From contig OZ024740.1 in the NCBI GenBank assembly GCA_964016885.1, positions 434,806,001-434,870,000 on the forward strand: a stretch of 64,000 nt of DNA, read 5' to 3'. Shown piece after piece: positions 25,429-37,700 of this stretch. The DNA comes from Eledone cirrhosa (Eukaryota). The notes under the pieces are model-generated. The model was not told the origin of the DNA and did no database searches. It saw nothing but the letters and a program-made list of their open reading frames with translations. The position numbers and the translations under genes are program-made. How positions within the stretch are numbered: the first letter of the stretch is position 1; the number at the start of each line of letters is the position of its first letter.

Positions 25429-25765
25429 CATCATCATTTCATTTTACGTCCGCTTTTCCCCTGCTTGCAAGGGTGGGACGGGAACTGATTCTGGCTTGAT
25501 TTCTACAGCTGGATGCCCTTCCTAACACCAACCTCATTTACAGTGAGTGCTGGGTGCTTTTTTGCCGTGGCAACTCCACGACCACTTTGCAGTGGGATGA
25601 TATGGACCCCAGTCCCTATCATCTCATTTCTACAGCTGAGTAAACTGGAGCAATGTGAAATAAAGTGTCTTGCTCAAGGAAACAACACATCACCCAGTCT
25701 GAGAATTGAACTCACAACCTTTCGATTGCAAGGCCAATGCTCTAACCACTAAGCCATGTGCCTCC
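25429..25765 (-). mobile_element. Full-length tRNA/CORE SINE with RTE-A-type 3' tail
   Basis: Head GGAGGCACATGGCTTAGTGG..GTTCAATTC, CORE-like CCTTGAGCAAGACACTT, RTE-UTR-like middle, tail nearly identical to the RTE-A 3' end. Confidence 0.85.
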
Positions 25766-26630
25766 ATGTGTATATATTAAAAAAAATTGTTTTTATGATA
25801 ATTAAGTTTAATTTATACATTTCATTGGGAGGTGATATAGAGGAGCTCAGATTACTGTCTAGCAGAGATAATGGTCCTCTGGAGTTAGGATATGTCTGAG
25901 AAACACAACCTTTCGTCTCCAAGAAGCATTGTAGATTTTTGAGACTTATTTTAGGGAAAAAAATAGCATCTTTGATACCAGGAAATATGGTATGTAGGTT
26001 AGTATCTTGGCCAATGTAGAAATATATTCCATCCAGTGGAACTCGATTGTCATGGCAATAAATAATTTATAAACATAACTTTAGCTTATTTCACCAGGTT
26101 TGTACATGTCAAATTACTGTTTATACTCAAATATCCCTCCCCCTCCACTTTATGCCTGAGAAATAGGCAAAACCCAAACCCTGTGTAAACCAAGACAACA
26201 CATTGTTTAGATGTCACAATTTTTTAATTTTCATGAGTAGAGAATATATTTTTTTTTATTTTTTTTTTAGTTTGTCTCACAACTATGTAATAGTTTTTAC
26301 CAATTTCTGACCATTTTGATGGTTATATTCATTCAAAATCTATCAATTACAATAGAAAATACAAATTTCATGTTGAAAGTGAAACTATTTTAGCATCTTG
26401 TTTATTTGAAGGTGATGAAGATCAACAAAATATTGACCTCGAATATAAGTTGACCTCAGTTTACATCGATTTTATTGTCATATTTCTTGGCTGTATATAC
26501 AAGAGTATATACAGTAATCTCTATGTAATAAGCTGGCTTTACTTGTATTGTCTGAATCGAGTTGTATTTTGGTTCTTACATAATCACCTTTGTCAGTGTT
26601 TTAATAGTTTCACAAATTTCTCTTTTACAG

Positions 26631-26696
26631 AAAGCCAGAAATGTTTACAGAATAACTTGTGACTGCTGTACTGTTGCTTCTTTACTGGTCGTCAAG
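26631..26696 (+). CDS. ASPM: Probable small ASPM exon KARNVYRITCDCCTVASLLVVK
   Basis: TCTTTTACAG acceptor, AAG/GTATGA donor, open, phase 0-0; no strong motif support. Confidence 0.65.
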
Positions 26697-26889
26697 GTAT
26701 GACTATTAAAACTTTTATATTTTATGTTGAAATAAGTGATTTGAAATTTGACTATTTCTAGCAGCTTGTGTGACCATATAAGTAGAGGCTCCCTTGTTTT
26801 CAATAAAATTCTTCAAGTAGATCTCACTCAGAATTAAATGTGTTATAGAAAAGTTAGTGCAGGGATTTCAGGTAAATAGATTTGGGTAT

Positions 26890-27277
26890 TTTGATACCAA
26901 ACTGCTCCTGGGTCTATGATATAAACACTTTAAAAACAAATAGGTTTGTATTTATATAAAAGCCTCCCATTATAATTTTATGTAAGAACCTTTGTTAAAT
27001 TATGTTACAAACACCAACCTAAGAAATTGAAAGTCATTTATTTTACTAAACCCCTCCAAATTTTGATTATTTTCAAAATTATTTTAAAATAATAGGCAAT
27101 ATCTTTCATTAGAGATATGGTAATGAAAGGGTTTAATAATATAAAGTGTCTTTCATTAGAAATATGGTAATGAAAGGGTTAATGACATAGACAGTGTCTT
27201 TCAGTAGAAATATGGTAATGAAAGGGTTAATTACATAGACAGTGTCTTCATTAGAAATATGGTAATGAAAGAGTTAA
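26890..27277 (-). mobile_element. Decayed piggyBac-type MITE with 4 tandem copies of its terminus
   Basis: Repeated AGAAATATGGTAATGAAAGGGTTAA; body distantly similar to P1. Confidence 0.55.
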
Positions 27278-27847
27278 AAATGTAAATGTGGTATGAAAAC
27301 TAAGATTGCATTTGATGGAAATATAGCTGAAAAAATATTTTTTAGGAACAAAAAGAAAAACATTTGTGTATTGTGGTGAGAAAAGATTAAATTAAAAGTT
27401 TTATCTGCATTTGTGGTGTTTGGGTCGATAAGTCTGTCTGGTTTCAAATACCTTTCCATGGTGAGTCCTTGATAGTGTCTTTGATATAAATGACCAGCTA
27501 GTTATCTGGTTGCAGTAGGTTTACTTGGTTTTTATTGCTGATTTCAGACTTAGATTAAGATTGGCAAATAGTTTCTTTGAGCTTGGTAACTAGCTGGCCA
27601 TTCACATCAGTTGGGTGTCATTTGAGGGAGATTGGGCTATTTCTATTAGATTAGTTCACCATATGAGGTTCCCTTGTTAGGTGTATGATAGGTATAGCTT
27701 GGAAGATTTGGGATGAAGTGATTTAATAGGAGCTTATAAGAAATAATGTATGGAAATATATATTCTTTAAATCAGTTTAATCTCGGCTAGGATGTAACAT
27801 AACTTAAGACACTGAAATAATTTTTTTTATTTTTTTTTTTTTTTCAG

Positions 27848-28036
27848 GCTTCAGCTGGATATTGGTTACTTAAAACACGGACAAGGAAATTAATTGCAGT
27901 TTGTACCATCCAGAAATATTGTCGTCATTGGTTACAACATAGACATGAAGCAGCTACAGTGATACAGGCTTTTACTCGTGGTTGGCTGCTTAGAAGAAAT
28001 CTGATGAAACAAACGGCTGCGGCTACTTTGATACAA
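27848..28036 (+). CDS. ASPM: ASPM exon (IQ motifs AVCTIQKYCR, AATVIQAFTRG, AATLIQ)
   Basis: T-run CAG acceptor, GTAAGC donor, 63 codons. Confidence 0.93.
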
Positions 28037-28229
28037 GTAAGCCATCTTTATATCATCTTCCAAATGTTATATTCTAGATTAGCAACACGTCATTATTGTT
28101 GAGCCTTAGATCACCTTGGACTTATTAGGATGAAAGGTCTTTCAGTTATGACCATCCTGTCAGCTAATGATGGACATCTGAAGCTTGGTTATTGTTACTT
28201 GAAAACTATTCCCAATAGGATCACATGAT

Positions 28230-28620
28230 CCAATATCATTTTACATCAATTGTTCCACGGGTTAGACGGGTCCTTCTCACTATAGCATCTTTCCACTTGT
28301 CGCATTCCTTTCTCACCTCTGTGAGCTTTAGCTATTTTAGATCAGCCCTCACCACTTCTATCCAGGTCTTCCTTGGTCTTCCTCTACTGCAGCCTCCCTC
28401 CACAGGGATTACTTAGCATTTTTTTCACCCAGCGATCATCATTCATGCACATCACATGTCCGTACCCTCTCCTGCACATGTTTGATTCCTTTTAAACCCA
28501 GTTTCTCCCTCAGTTCATCCATGCTTGCCTCATTTCTCACACATTAACATTGTACATTAAATGAATCACAGTTGCTTCATTTCTCTCCAGCCACCACATG
28601 TCCTCTGCAGTCACTGCCCA
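28230..28620 (-). pseudogene. Decayed RTE 3' end
   Basis: Reverse complement of RLERNE..YGHVM..GRPRKTW coding sequence with frameshifts. Confidence 0.8.
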
Positions 28621-29035
28621 TGTAGCACCACGTGTCCTCTGCAGTCACAGCCCATGCCTCACTACCATGTAGCACCACATGTCGTCTGCAATCACTGTCC
28701 ATGTCTCACTACCATGTAGCACCACATGTCCTCTGTAGTCGCAGCCCATGTCTCACTACCATGTAGCACCACATGTCCTCTGTAGTCGCAGCCCATGTCT
28801 CACTACCATGTAGCACCACATGTCCTCTGTAGTCGCAGCCCATGTCTCACTACCATGTAGCACCACATGTCCTCTAGTCGCAGCCCATGTCTTACTACCA
28901 TGTAGCACCACATGTCCTCTGCAATCACTTCCCATGTAGCACCACATGTCCTCTGCAGTCACAGCCCATGCCTCACTACCATGTAGCACCACATGTCCTG
29001 TGCAGTCACTGCCCATGTCTCACTACCATGCAACA
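28590..29035. repeat. About 47-bp minisatellite derived from RTE ORF sequence
   Basis: CATGTCTCACTACCATGTAGCACCACATGTCCTCTGTAGTCGCAGCC is antisense to [14 protein letters not shown] coding sequence. Confidence 0.9.
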
Positions 29036-29327
29036 TGGCAAATTATTTGAGGGAAATTTGGTTGCTATTTCTAATATGAAGGCATGAAGTCACGCACGCA
29101 CAAAGGGCTTCCACACAGTTCCCATCTACCAAATTCACTCAACTTAAGACAGATATTTACCCTATGGGGTTCAACCTAAGAGAGATGTACAGTGGAACTG
29201 ACACCCAGAATATCCTGTCACATTCTCTCACCAGTTCCTACTTACAATTTCTCAACTCCCTCTCTCTACAATTGTTCACCACACTGCTCACTTTTTAATG
29301 TCTTCTGGCTTTCTTTTGCTGTTTCAG

Positions 29328-29519
29328 AAAAATATTCGGTCTTTCTATGCAAGAAAACTTTTTGAAAAGAAGAAAAATGCCATCTTAACAATTGAGTTGT
29401 ATTTGAAAACATATCTCCAGCGCCGCAGTGACTCTGTTGAACTGATTCAGAGAGTTGCGAGAGGCTGGATTGTGAGGAAACGTATGAAGTATCTCCACCA
29501 CAACGCTACTCTTATCCAA
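29328..29519 (+). CDS. ASPM: ASPM exon (IQ motifs)
   Basis: TTTCAG/GTAAAT; KNIRSFYARK...ELIQRVARGWIVR...ATLIQ; 64 codons. Confidence 0.93.
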
Positions 29520-29551
29520 GTAAATTAATGTTTTTATTATCTGTTCTTTTG

Positions 29552-29750
29552 TTTAATAATTGTTTCTACTTTTGGCACAAGGCCAGCAATTATCCCCGGT
29601 ACATTACTGGTACTTTATTTTATTGGCCCTGTAAGGATGAAGGGTAAAGTTAACCTCGGCAGGATTTGAACCAAGAACGTAAAGGTTCATAAATCTATGC
29701 GTCAAAGCATGGTGTCCGACACTCTACCGGTACTACCAATTCACTGCCCC
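29552..29750 (-). mobile_element. tRNA-derived SINE, second family (Nin-like central domain)
   Basis: Minus strand shows tRNA-like head, CTTCATCCTTAC..ATAAAATAAAGTACCAG and TGGCCTTGTGCCAAAA tail; copies at 48703-48815, 49470-49660, 50908-51130. Confidence 0.75.
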
Positions 29751-30009
29751 TGGTCTGCTGTTTTAATAGACTTGGATATAAGCCAAGGAATATATGACCC
29801 CAAAATATCAATAGTAGAAGGGATAATAATGAAATTGTGTACAGTGCTCAGGGGCACTACAACTCATCAAAGGTGCATGTATAGTACATATGTAGTATTG
29901 GATTGTGGTCATGCTGGATCATTGCTTATTAGTGATATAACTACAGTGTTTAGTCCAGTACCCTATTCTGGCTTCCATTCACCAAGATGTAGATATACAC
30001 CCATGTATA

Positions 30010-30185
30010 CAAGTGTCGGCTGAATAGTTCATAGGCTGACCAAGATACTCTCATGGAATGACCAAATGAGGTTTATTTTTCAACATAGTCCATAGAAAGA
30101 AACAATGTAGTTAAGAAAAGTTGAAATTATTGCATGCAAGACTTCACAGCTCTAGCATCACTCTTTCATAGTCAGCCAACCCTCG
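30010..30185. mobile_element. Mariner/Tc1-type MITE
   Basis: TA-CAAGTGTCGGCTGA ... TCAGCCAACCCTCG-TA imperfect TIRs with TA flanks; partial second copy near 32168-32230. Confidence 0.65.
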
Positions 30186-30294
30186 TATCCCTCTACCAAA
30201 TATAATTTCCAAGTCTTAGGTCAACCTCATTCTATGGTAGACACTGGCCCTTGGTATTGTAAAGGGAGATTGAATCTGGAACACTGACTGGGAA

Positions 30295-30378
30295 CCACCC
30301 CACCACCACCATCACCACCACCACTACCATCACCACCACCACTACCATCATCACCACTGCCACTACCATCACCAACAC
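30295..30378. repeat. (CCA)n/(CAT)n trinucleotide tract
   Basis: Directly visible. Confidence 0.9.
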
Positions 30379-30511
30379 TTATATAAATTTGTCTCTTATA
30401 ATACCAGAATCAGTTCCCGTCCCACCCTTGCAAGCGTATCCTTTTCTTTCTCTTTTTAAACGTATTTAAATGTATGAGAATGAAATGTTTGTAATTCCTT
30501 TCTGTTGCCAG

Positions 30512-30701
30512 AGTTACTGGAGAGGCTACAAGATCCGATGTCAAAGCAAACAAACTGTGACTAGGTTGAGACAGCGTTTGTCAGCTGTAACAAAGGAAGC
30601 AACTGAAGATAAGAAAATAATTAGTCGATTTGCTGAAGGTTTTGATCAACTAATGAAGACCAAACAACTTTCTGATGTTTTGTTTGCCCTCGTAAATCTT
30701 G
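30512..30701 (+). CDS. ASPM: ASPM exon: last IQ (SYWRGYKIR) and start of C-terminal domain
   Basis: GCCAG/GTTAGT; phase 0-1. Confidence 0.93.
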
Positions 30702-31391
30702 GTTAGTCACAATTTTCTTTCCTTTCTTTGCGTTTATCTTATTCAAATTTCCAGAAAGTTTTCTGGAAATGTTAAACATTTGGAGCAGTTAATTTAACAA
30801 CTATTACCTTTTCTTGTTAACTATTCATGTAAAAAGCTAAAGAGGACCTTGTAATTTCACTGGCAAACTTAGATATATGAGGTAGAGCTGCTACATCTCT
30901 GAATTGAGAGATCACAGCTTCGATACTATGGGTATGTGGTTAGAATGTCTCGGGAAAGAATCGCTGGACAGATTTTATGGGCAAAACCAACTGGCAGGAA
31001 ACCCAGGGGTAGATCCTGATTAAGATGGTTGGATAACATCTATGAGATTGACTGGTCTCATTTGGAGATCCAGTTGGATAATTTGGAGATGGTTTCTTCT
31101 GACAGGACCCGCTGGAAGGAGTACTTGAGGACTCTTCCCCCCTTGACCCTTCCAAGTATAGTGGGGGAGGAGGAAGAAGGTATGTGTACACATGTAAGCA
31201 GCAGCACAAAAAATATTTTCTGGTACTTAAGTTCTAGCTATATCCCTTGCCTTTCAGCCTATATATCATCAATAAAATGCTTATTCTACTAATCTTAGAT
31301 ATAACCAACTAAGTTACTAACAATTCAGATATTTTTGTTTATCTTTGAATAAACCCCCCCCCCCCCCCCATTTTTTGTGTTTATTCTACAG

Positions 31392-31546
31392 AAGCTGCTT
31401 CTCGCCTTTCCCCTGTATGTTGTCTTCACCTGGCTAATGGTAACGCTGTTCCAGTCATACACAACATAATTAAAGGTTGTAATCGCAGTATACCTCACAT
31501 GGAACTCATTAAGTACAGTATACAAATATTTCTCAACTTAGCAAAG
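31392..31546 (+). CDS. ASPM: ASPM exon: ARM/HEAT-like region
   Basis: EAASRLSPVCC...IIKGCNRSIPHMELIKYSIQIFLNLAK matches conserved RLSPxCC and CNRSIP of ASPM; phase 1-0. Confidence 0.97.
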
Positions 31547-31810
31547 GTTTGTATAATTTATCTCGGTTTATTAAGGGTCCACGTGCCTTAGAGTTTAGGG
31601 CAAGTGTTTTCTTTTCTTATTTTTTGTTTGAAACATATTTAACAGTATAAAGGAGACCCCCAACATATAAACCCACCATTTCAGCAGAGCATATTAAGAA
31701 AAAATTTCCCCCAAAGCAAGCATTGTTCTACCAGCTACCCTGACTTATAAGACCTGGGTGATATTGTTAAGATATCAAATATCGACTTATTTACCACTGT
31801 TGCTATGGTT

Positions 31811-31960
31811 ACCATCCATATTATATTGTTAGTGTTGACTAACAATATAATATAGATGGTAGTTAACTACCATCTATATTATGTTGTTAGTCAACACTAC
31901 CATTTATATTGTGTTGTTAGTCAACACTACCATTTATATTGTGTTGTTAGTCAACACTAG
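31811..31960. repeat. Nested inverted plus tandem repeats of an about 31-bp unit
   Basis: ACCATC.ATATTATATTGTTAGT occurs forward, inverted, then forward three times. Confidence 0.85.
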
Positions 31961-32399
31961 TTAAATATGTCTGATTTCTTTAATCATTGAAACTATCGTG
32001 GGTGTGGCGCTAAACTATGGTCAGGCTCCAGTTTGAGGGTTGTGAGGTATATGGTGTTAGTGGGGTGACTATAATGTTGCTGGTGACTAACATTATAGAC
32101 GTCTGTGTGTCCTAATCAGTAGATAACTATTCCTATTAATCTACAAAAGAATATTGAGACACTCTATATGGAGGTCAGCTGAAAAGTTCATAGGCTGACC
32201 AAGATACTCTCATGGAATAATCAAATGGGGTTATTAATAAAAGTTGAAATTTTTACATCAAAGTGTCTCCATAACCGCTGACTCAACCTTCGTCGGAGGC
32301 ATGGGGGAGTTAGCAAGGCTGGGCTGGGATGTGGTTGCTGGATGTTACATGTCATTAGACACAAGGTCCTAGTAGATAGCCTGCCTTCTTACTAAGATT

Positions 32400-32705
32400 A
32401 TTTAAACAGTTTCTCTCTCAACTCATCTATGGGTTGAGGGATGAGTTGTAGTGTGAGGGAGAGAAGACTGCGATGGTATGGACATGTGATGCGCATGGAG
32501 GATGACTGCTGGGTAAAGAAGTGCCAAGAAATGCTGGTGGAAGGAAGACCACGAAAAATATGGGTGGAAGTGGTGAGAACAGACCTCAGATTGCTGAAGC
32601 TCACCGAGATGACGACAAAGGACTATGACAAGTGGAGAGATGCTGTGCTGAATAGGACCCATCCCACCCTTGCAAGCAGGGAAAAGCAGACATAAAATGA
32701 TAATG
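32400..32705 (+). pseudogene. 5'-truncated RTE-A 3' end
   Basis: ORF 32441-32695 closely matches the RTE-A C-terminus ([16 protein letters not shown]...PTLASREK). Confidence 0.92.
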
Positions 32706-32794
32706 GGACAGTTAAAATATGAAACCTTTGTAGTAGATTTTGCTAAGCCAGCAGAATTTAGATACTCTGTTGACCAAGACAATAGATTTTAAAG

Positions 32795-34316
32795 TACTAT
32801 CGATGCCCTCCGATGGCGGCGCTGGACGGAGGGCCCGGTGAAGTTGCTCGGGGTCTGGTTCGGACCAGACCTCCAGGTGGAGAAGAACTGGGGTGAGGTA
32901 ACGAACAGGGTGTTTGCACTGACCCAGAAGTGGGCCGAGTGCAAACTGTCCCTGAAATGTCGGGCGGAGGTGGCGAACACTTATATAGCGTCCGTCATCT
33001 ACTACCGCCTGACCGTTGTGCCTTGCCCAAGGGAAACGCTCGCCAAAATGGAGCGCGCACTCTTCCAATTCTTTTGGAAGAAGCGGGCTCCTTTGGTGAG
33101 GAGATCCATCTGCTGTCAACACCCTTCGAAAGGAGGGCTGGGGATGCCGTGGCTAATGATGCGTAAACACGCATTAAGGCTACGGCACCTCTACGTATTC
33201 CTCACCGGACAATCGGTGTGGGCCTCGTTTGTGAGGCGAGCCTTTACCAGACTCGTCTCACTCACCGAGCTGCAATCCTGGGTCAAGCAAAGACCGAGAA
33301 AACTGGGCGCCTGGCACACTGAGTGTGCCCAGGTGCTCACGGCTCTCTGGCAGGCGGACCCGGCTGTCAGTGGAGAATCCACCTCGTCATTCTATAGAGG
33401 GCTGGTGGTTAGCAGGTGCGACGACGCCCTCGGAGAAGCCCTAGGCATGGAGGAAGACGAACTGGCCAACCTGTTCGGTAGGACATTCAGCCCGGGACCC
33501 ATGGATAACTTCCAGAGGTCCCTGGCCTGGCAGTGCTACCGAGGGGCTCTGCCCGTTCGAGAAAGGCTCTACAGACACGGGCGCCCGGGTAGGGACCCCT
33601 CGAAAAAGATCTGTCCCAGATGCGTGTGCGACGAGGAAACCGTTGCACACGCATTGGTACACTGCTCGGGCATTGCCGATCTGTGGGGCTATGTCGAACA
33701 ACTGCTGCCAAGGGTGGGTCCGATCCGGTTGACCACCGAGTCTATTGTAACGATCAAGCCGCCTCCCCTCTTCAAAAACGAAGGAGAGGCGGTGTTTCTG
33801 TGCGTAATGGCCATGGCGAAAGAGGTTGTATGGTGGACGCGTCTGAAAGGACTGAGGTCGGGCACCTTTCTCTCTGGCCAACAACTGGTCCGTTTCTTCT
33901 GATATCATTTCGGAAGAAGGATCAGGATGGAGAGAGAGGTGCTGCACCCCAGCCGTTTCTATGAAAGATGGGTGAAAGTGGCGAGAATGGCCCGTGTGAA
34001 TGGGCCTTCACTCTACATCAGACTATAGGTGAGGAAGATGAAAGACCAAGGGAGCACCCCCTCTCTGTGCTCCCGAGGAAAAGGGTTGCACACTTTTTTT
34101 CGGGGGGGTGCGCGACCTCCCCTCCCCCCCCCCCCCCCCCCCCCCCCCAAGGCGCCTCCTCTCTAATGAGGACTTTGTTATAAATTTTATTTTTTGTTAT
34201 ATTTTATTTTATTTTTATATATTATTGCCTCCTCCTTATTGAGGAAGCCTTGTTTTGTAAACTCCCCCCATTGTACTTGTCCCACTTTTGATGCCCTGGT
34301 GGCAAATAAAAGAAAC
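32795..34316 (+). mobile_element. 5'-truncated L1/Tx1-clade LINE (end of RT, zf-RVT, 3' UTR with AATAAA)
   Basis: KLLGVWF, LSLKCRAEVAN, KGGLGMP, GALPVRERL, CPRC..EETVAHALVHC; the frame continues past TGA 33900-33902 to TAG at 34028. Confidence 0.9.
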
Positions 34317-34336
34317 ATATATTAAGAAGTCTTTAA

Positions 34337-34554
34337 GCCTTTGATGACTGCATTGCTAATGAAGTACTGTTTCAATTAATTAATGAAGAATTTTGTGGGA
34401 TTTACTGAAATTATTTCATTACTTAGATAGTAATCTAATGTAAGGTTCTTATATAAAATTATGTTGGAAAATTTCAATTTAAATAAGAACCCTTTAAAAT
34501 GGGTTTTGTTTCATAGAACTAGAGCGAGTTTTGGCCGGGTTGGTAATTAAACGA
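34337..34554 (+). mobile_element. piggyBac-type MITE P1
   Basis: Flanked by TTAA (34333-36 and 34555-58); body matches 14160-14365. Confidence 0.75.
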
Positions 34555-34576
34555 TTAAATCAATTTATCTTTTCAG

Positions 34577-34726
34577 TACGCTCCAACCATTGAGTCTGTT
34601 TACTATTCCCACCCAGATGCTATAGATATTATTCTCAAAGTTATGACAGTATTTCGAGAAAAGGGTGTTGTTTTCTCCAAATCCTGTATATTGTTGGGGA
34701 CTATAGCTCTTGATCTAAAAGAGAAG
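34577..34726 (+). CDS. ASPM: ASPM exon YAPTIESVY...VFREKGVVFSKSCILLG..
   Basis: TTTTCAG/GTAAGA; resembles ASPM YREK..IFTKTCCLL; phase 0-0. Confidence 0.93.
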
Positions 34727-34788
34727 GTAAGATATGTTTCTCATTTTTGTAGTAAAATATGTTGGCATAAGCTGGTTGTGTTGGCATG

Positions 34789-37700
34789 TAAACACGTTCT
34801 TATACACCGTCTTGTATCTAAACACGTTCTTATACACCGTCTTGTATCTAAACACGTTCTTATACACCCAGTCTTGTATCTAAACACGTTCTTATACACC
34901 CAGTCTTGTATCTAAACACGTTCTTATACACCCAGTCTTGTATCTAAACACGTTCTTGTACACCCAGTTTTGTATCTAAACACGTTCTTATACACATACA
35001 CCCAGTCTTGTATCTAAACACGTTCTTGTACACCCAGTTTTGTATCTAAACACGTTCTTATACACATACACCCAGTCTTGTATCTAAACACGTTCTTATA
35101 CACATACACCCAGTCTTGTATCTAAACACGTTCTTATACACCCAGTCTTGTATCTAAACAGGTTCTTATACACCCAGTCTTGTATCTAAACACGTTCTTA
35201 TACACCCAGTCTTGTATCTAAACACGTTCTTATACACCCAGTCCTGTATCTAAACGCGTTCTTATACACCCAGTCCTGTATCTAAACGCATTCTTATACA
35301 CCCAGCCTTGTATCTAAACACGTTCTTATACACCCAGTCTTGTATCTAAACACGTTCTTATACACCCAGTCTTGTATCTAAACACGTTCTTATACACCCA
35401 GTCTTGTATCTAAACACGTTCTTATACACCCAGTCTTGTATCTAAACACGTTCTTATACACCCAGTCTTGTATCTAAACACGTTCTTATACACCCAGTCT
35501 TGTATCTAAACACGTTCTTATACACCCAGTCTTGTATCTAAACACGTTCTTATACACCCAGTCTTGTATCTAAACACGTTCTTATACACCCAGTCTTGTA
35601 TCTAAACACGTTCTTATACACCCAGTCTTGTATCTAAACACGTTCTTATACACCCAGTCTTGTATCTAAACACTTTCTTATACACCCAGTCTTGTATCTA
35701 AACACGTTCTTATACACCCAGTCTTGTATCTAAACACATTCTTATACACCCAGTCCTGTATCTAAACACTTTCTTATTCACCCAGTCCTGTATCTAAACA
35801 TGTTCTTATACACCCAGTCTTGTATCTAAACATGTTCTTATACACCCAGTCTTGTATCTAAACACATTCTTATACACCCAGTCCTGTATCTAAACACATT
35901 CTTATACACCCAATCCTGTATCTAAACACATTCTTATACACCCAGTCCTGTATCTAAACACGTTCTTATACACCCAGTCTTGTATCTAAACACATTCTTA
36001 TACACCCAGTCCTGTATCTAAACACATTCTTATACACCCAGTCTTGTATCTAAACACGTTCTTATACACCCAGTCTTGTATCTAAACACGTTCTTATACA
36101 CCCAGTCTTGTATCTAAACACATTCTTATACACCCAGTCCTGTATCTAAACACGTTCTTATACACCCAGTCTTGTATCTAAACACGTTCTTATACACCCA
36201 GTCTTGTATCTAAACACGTTCTTATACACCCAGTCTTGTATCTAAACACGTTCTTATACACCCAGTCCTGTATCTAAACACATTCTTATACACCCAGTCT
36301 TGTATCTAAACACGTTCTTATACACCCAGTCCTGTATCTAAACACGTTCTTATACACCCAGCCCTGTATCTAAACACATTCTTATACACCCAGTCTTGTA
36401 TCTAAACACGTTCTTATACACCCAGTCCTGTATCTAAACACATTCTTATACACCCAGTCCTGTATCTAAACACATTCTTATACACCCAGTCCTGTATCTA
36501 AACACGTTCTTATACACCCAGTCTTGTATCTAAACACGTTCTTATACACCCAGTCTTGTATCTAAACACATTCTTATACACCCAGTCCTGTATCTAAACA
36601 CGTTCTTATACACCCAGTCTTGTATCTAAACACGTTCTTATACACCCAGTCTTGTATCTAAACACGTTCTTATACACCCAGTCTTGTATCTAAACACGTT
36701 CTTATACACCCAGTCCTGTATCTAAACACATTCTTATACACCCAGTCTTGTATCTAAACACGTTCTTATACACCCAGTCCTGTATCTAAACACGTTCTTA
36801 TACACCCAGTCCTGTATCTAAACACATTCTTATACACCCAGTCTTGTATCTAAACACGTTCTTATACACCCAGTCCTGTATCTAAACACATTCTTATACA
36901 CCCAGTCCTGTATCTAAACACATTCTTATACACCCAGTCCTGTATCTAAACACATTCTTATACACCCAGTCCTGTATCTAAACATGTTCTTATACACCCA
37001 GTCCTGTATCTAAACACATTCTTATACACCCAATCCTGTATCTAAACACATTCTTATACACCCAGTCCTGTATCTAAACACGTTCTTATACACTCAGTCT
37101 TGTATCTAAACACGTTCTTGTACACCCAGTTTTGTATCTAAACACGTTCTTATACACATACACCCAGTCTTGTATCTAAACACGTTCTTGTACACCCAGT
37201 TTTGTATCTAAACACGTTCTTATACACATACACCCAGTCTTGTATCTAAACACGTTCTTATACACATACACCCAGTCTTGTATCTAAACACGTTCTTATA
37301 CACCCAGTCTTGTATCTAAACACGTTCTTATACACCCAGTCTTGTATCTAAACACGTTCTTATACACCCAGTCTTGTATCTAAACACGTTCTTATACACC
37401 CAGTCTTGTATCTAAACACGTTCTTATACACCCAGTCTTGTATCTAAACACGTTCTTATACACCCAGTCTTGTATCTAAACACGTTCTTATACACCCAGT
37501 CTTGTATCTAAACACGTTCTTATACACCCAGTCCTGTATCTAAACGCGTTCTTATACACCCAGTCCTGTATCTAAACGCGTTCTTATACACCCAGCCTTG
37601 TATCTAAACACGTTCTTATACACCCAGTCTTGTATCTAAACACGTTCTTATACACCCAGTCTTGTATCTAAACACGTTCTTATACACCCAGTCTTGTATC

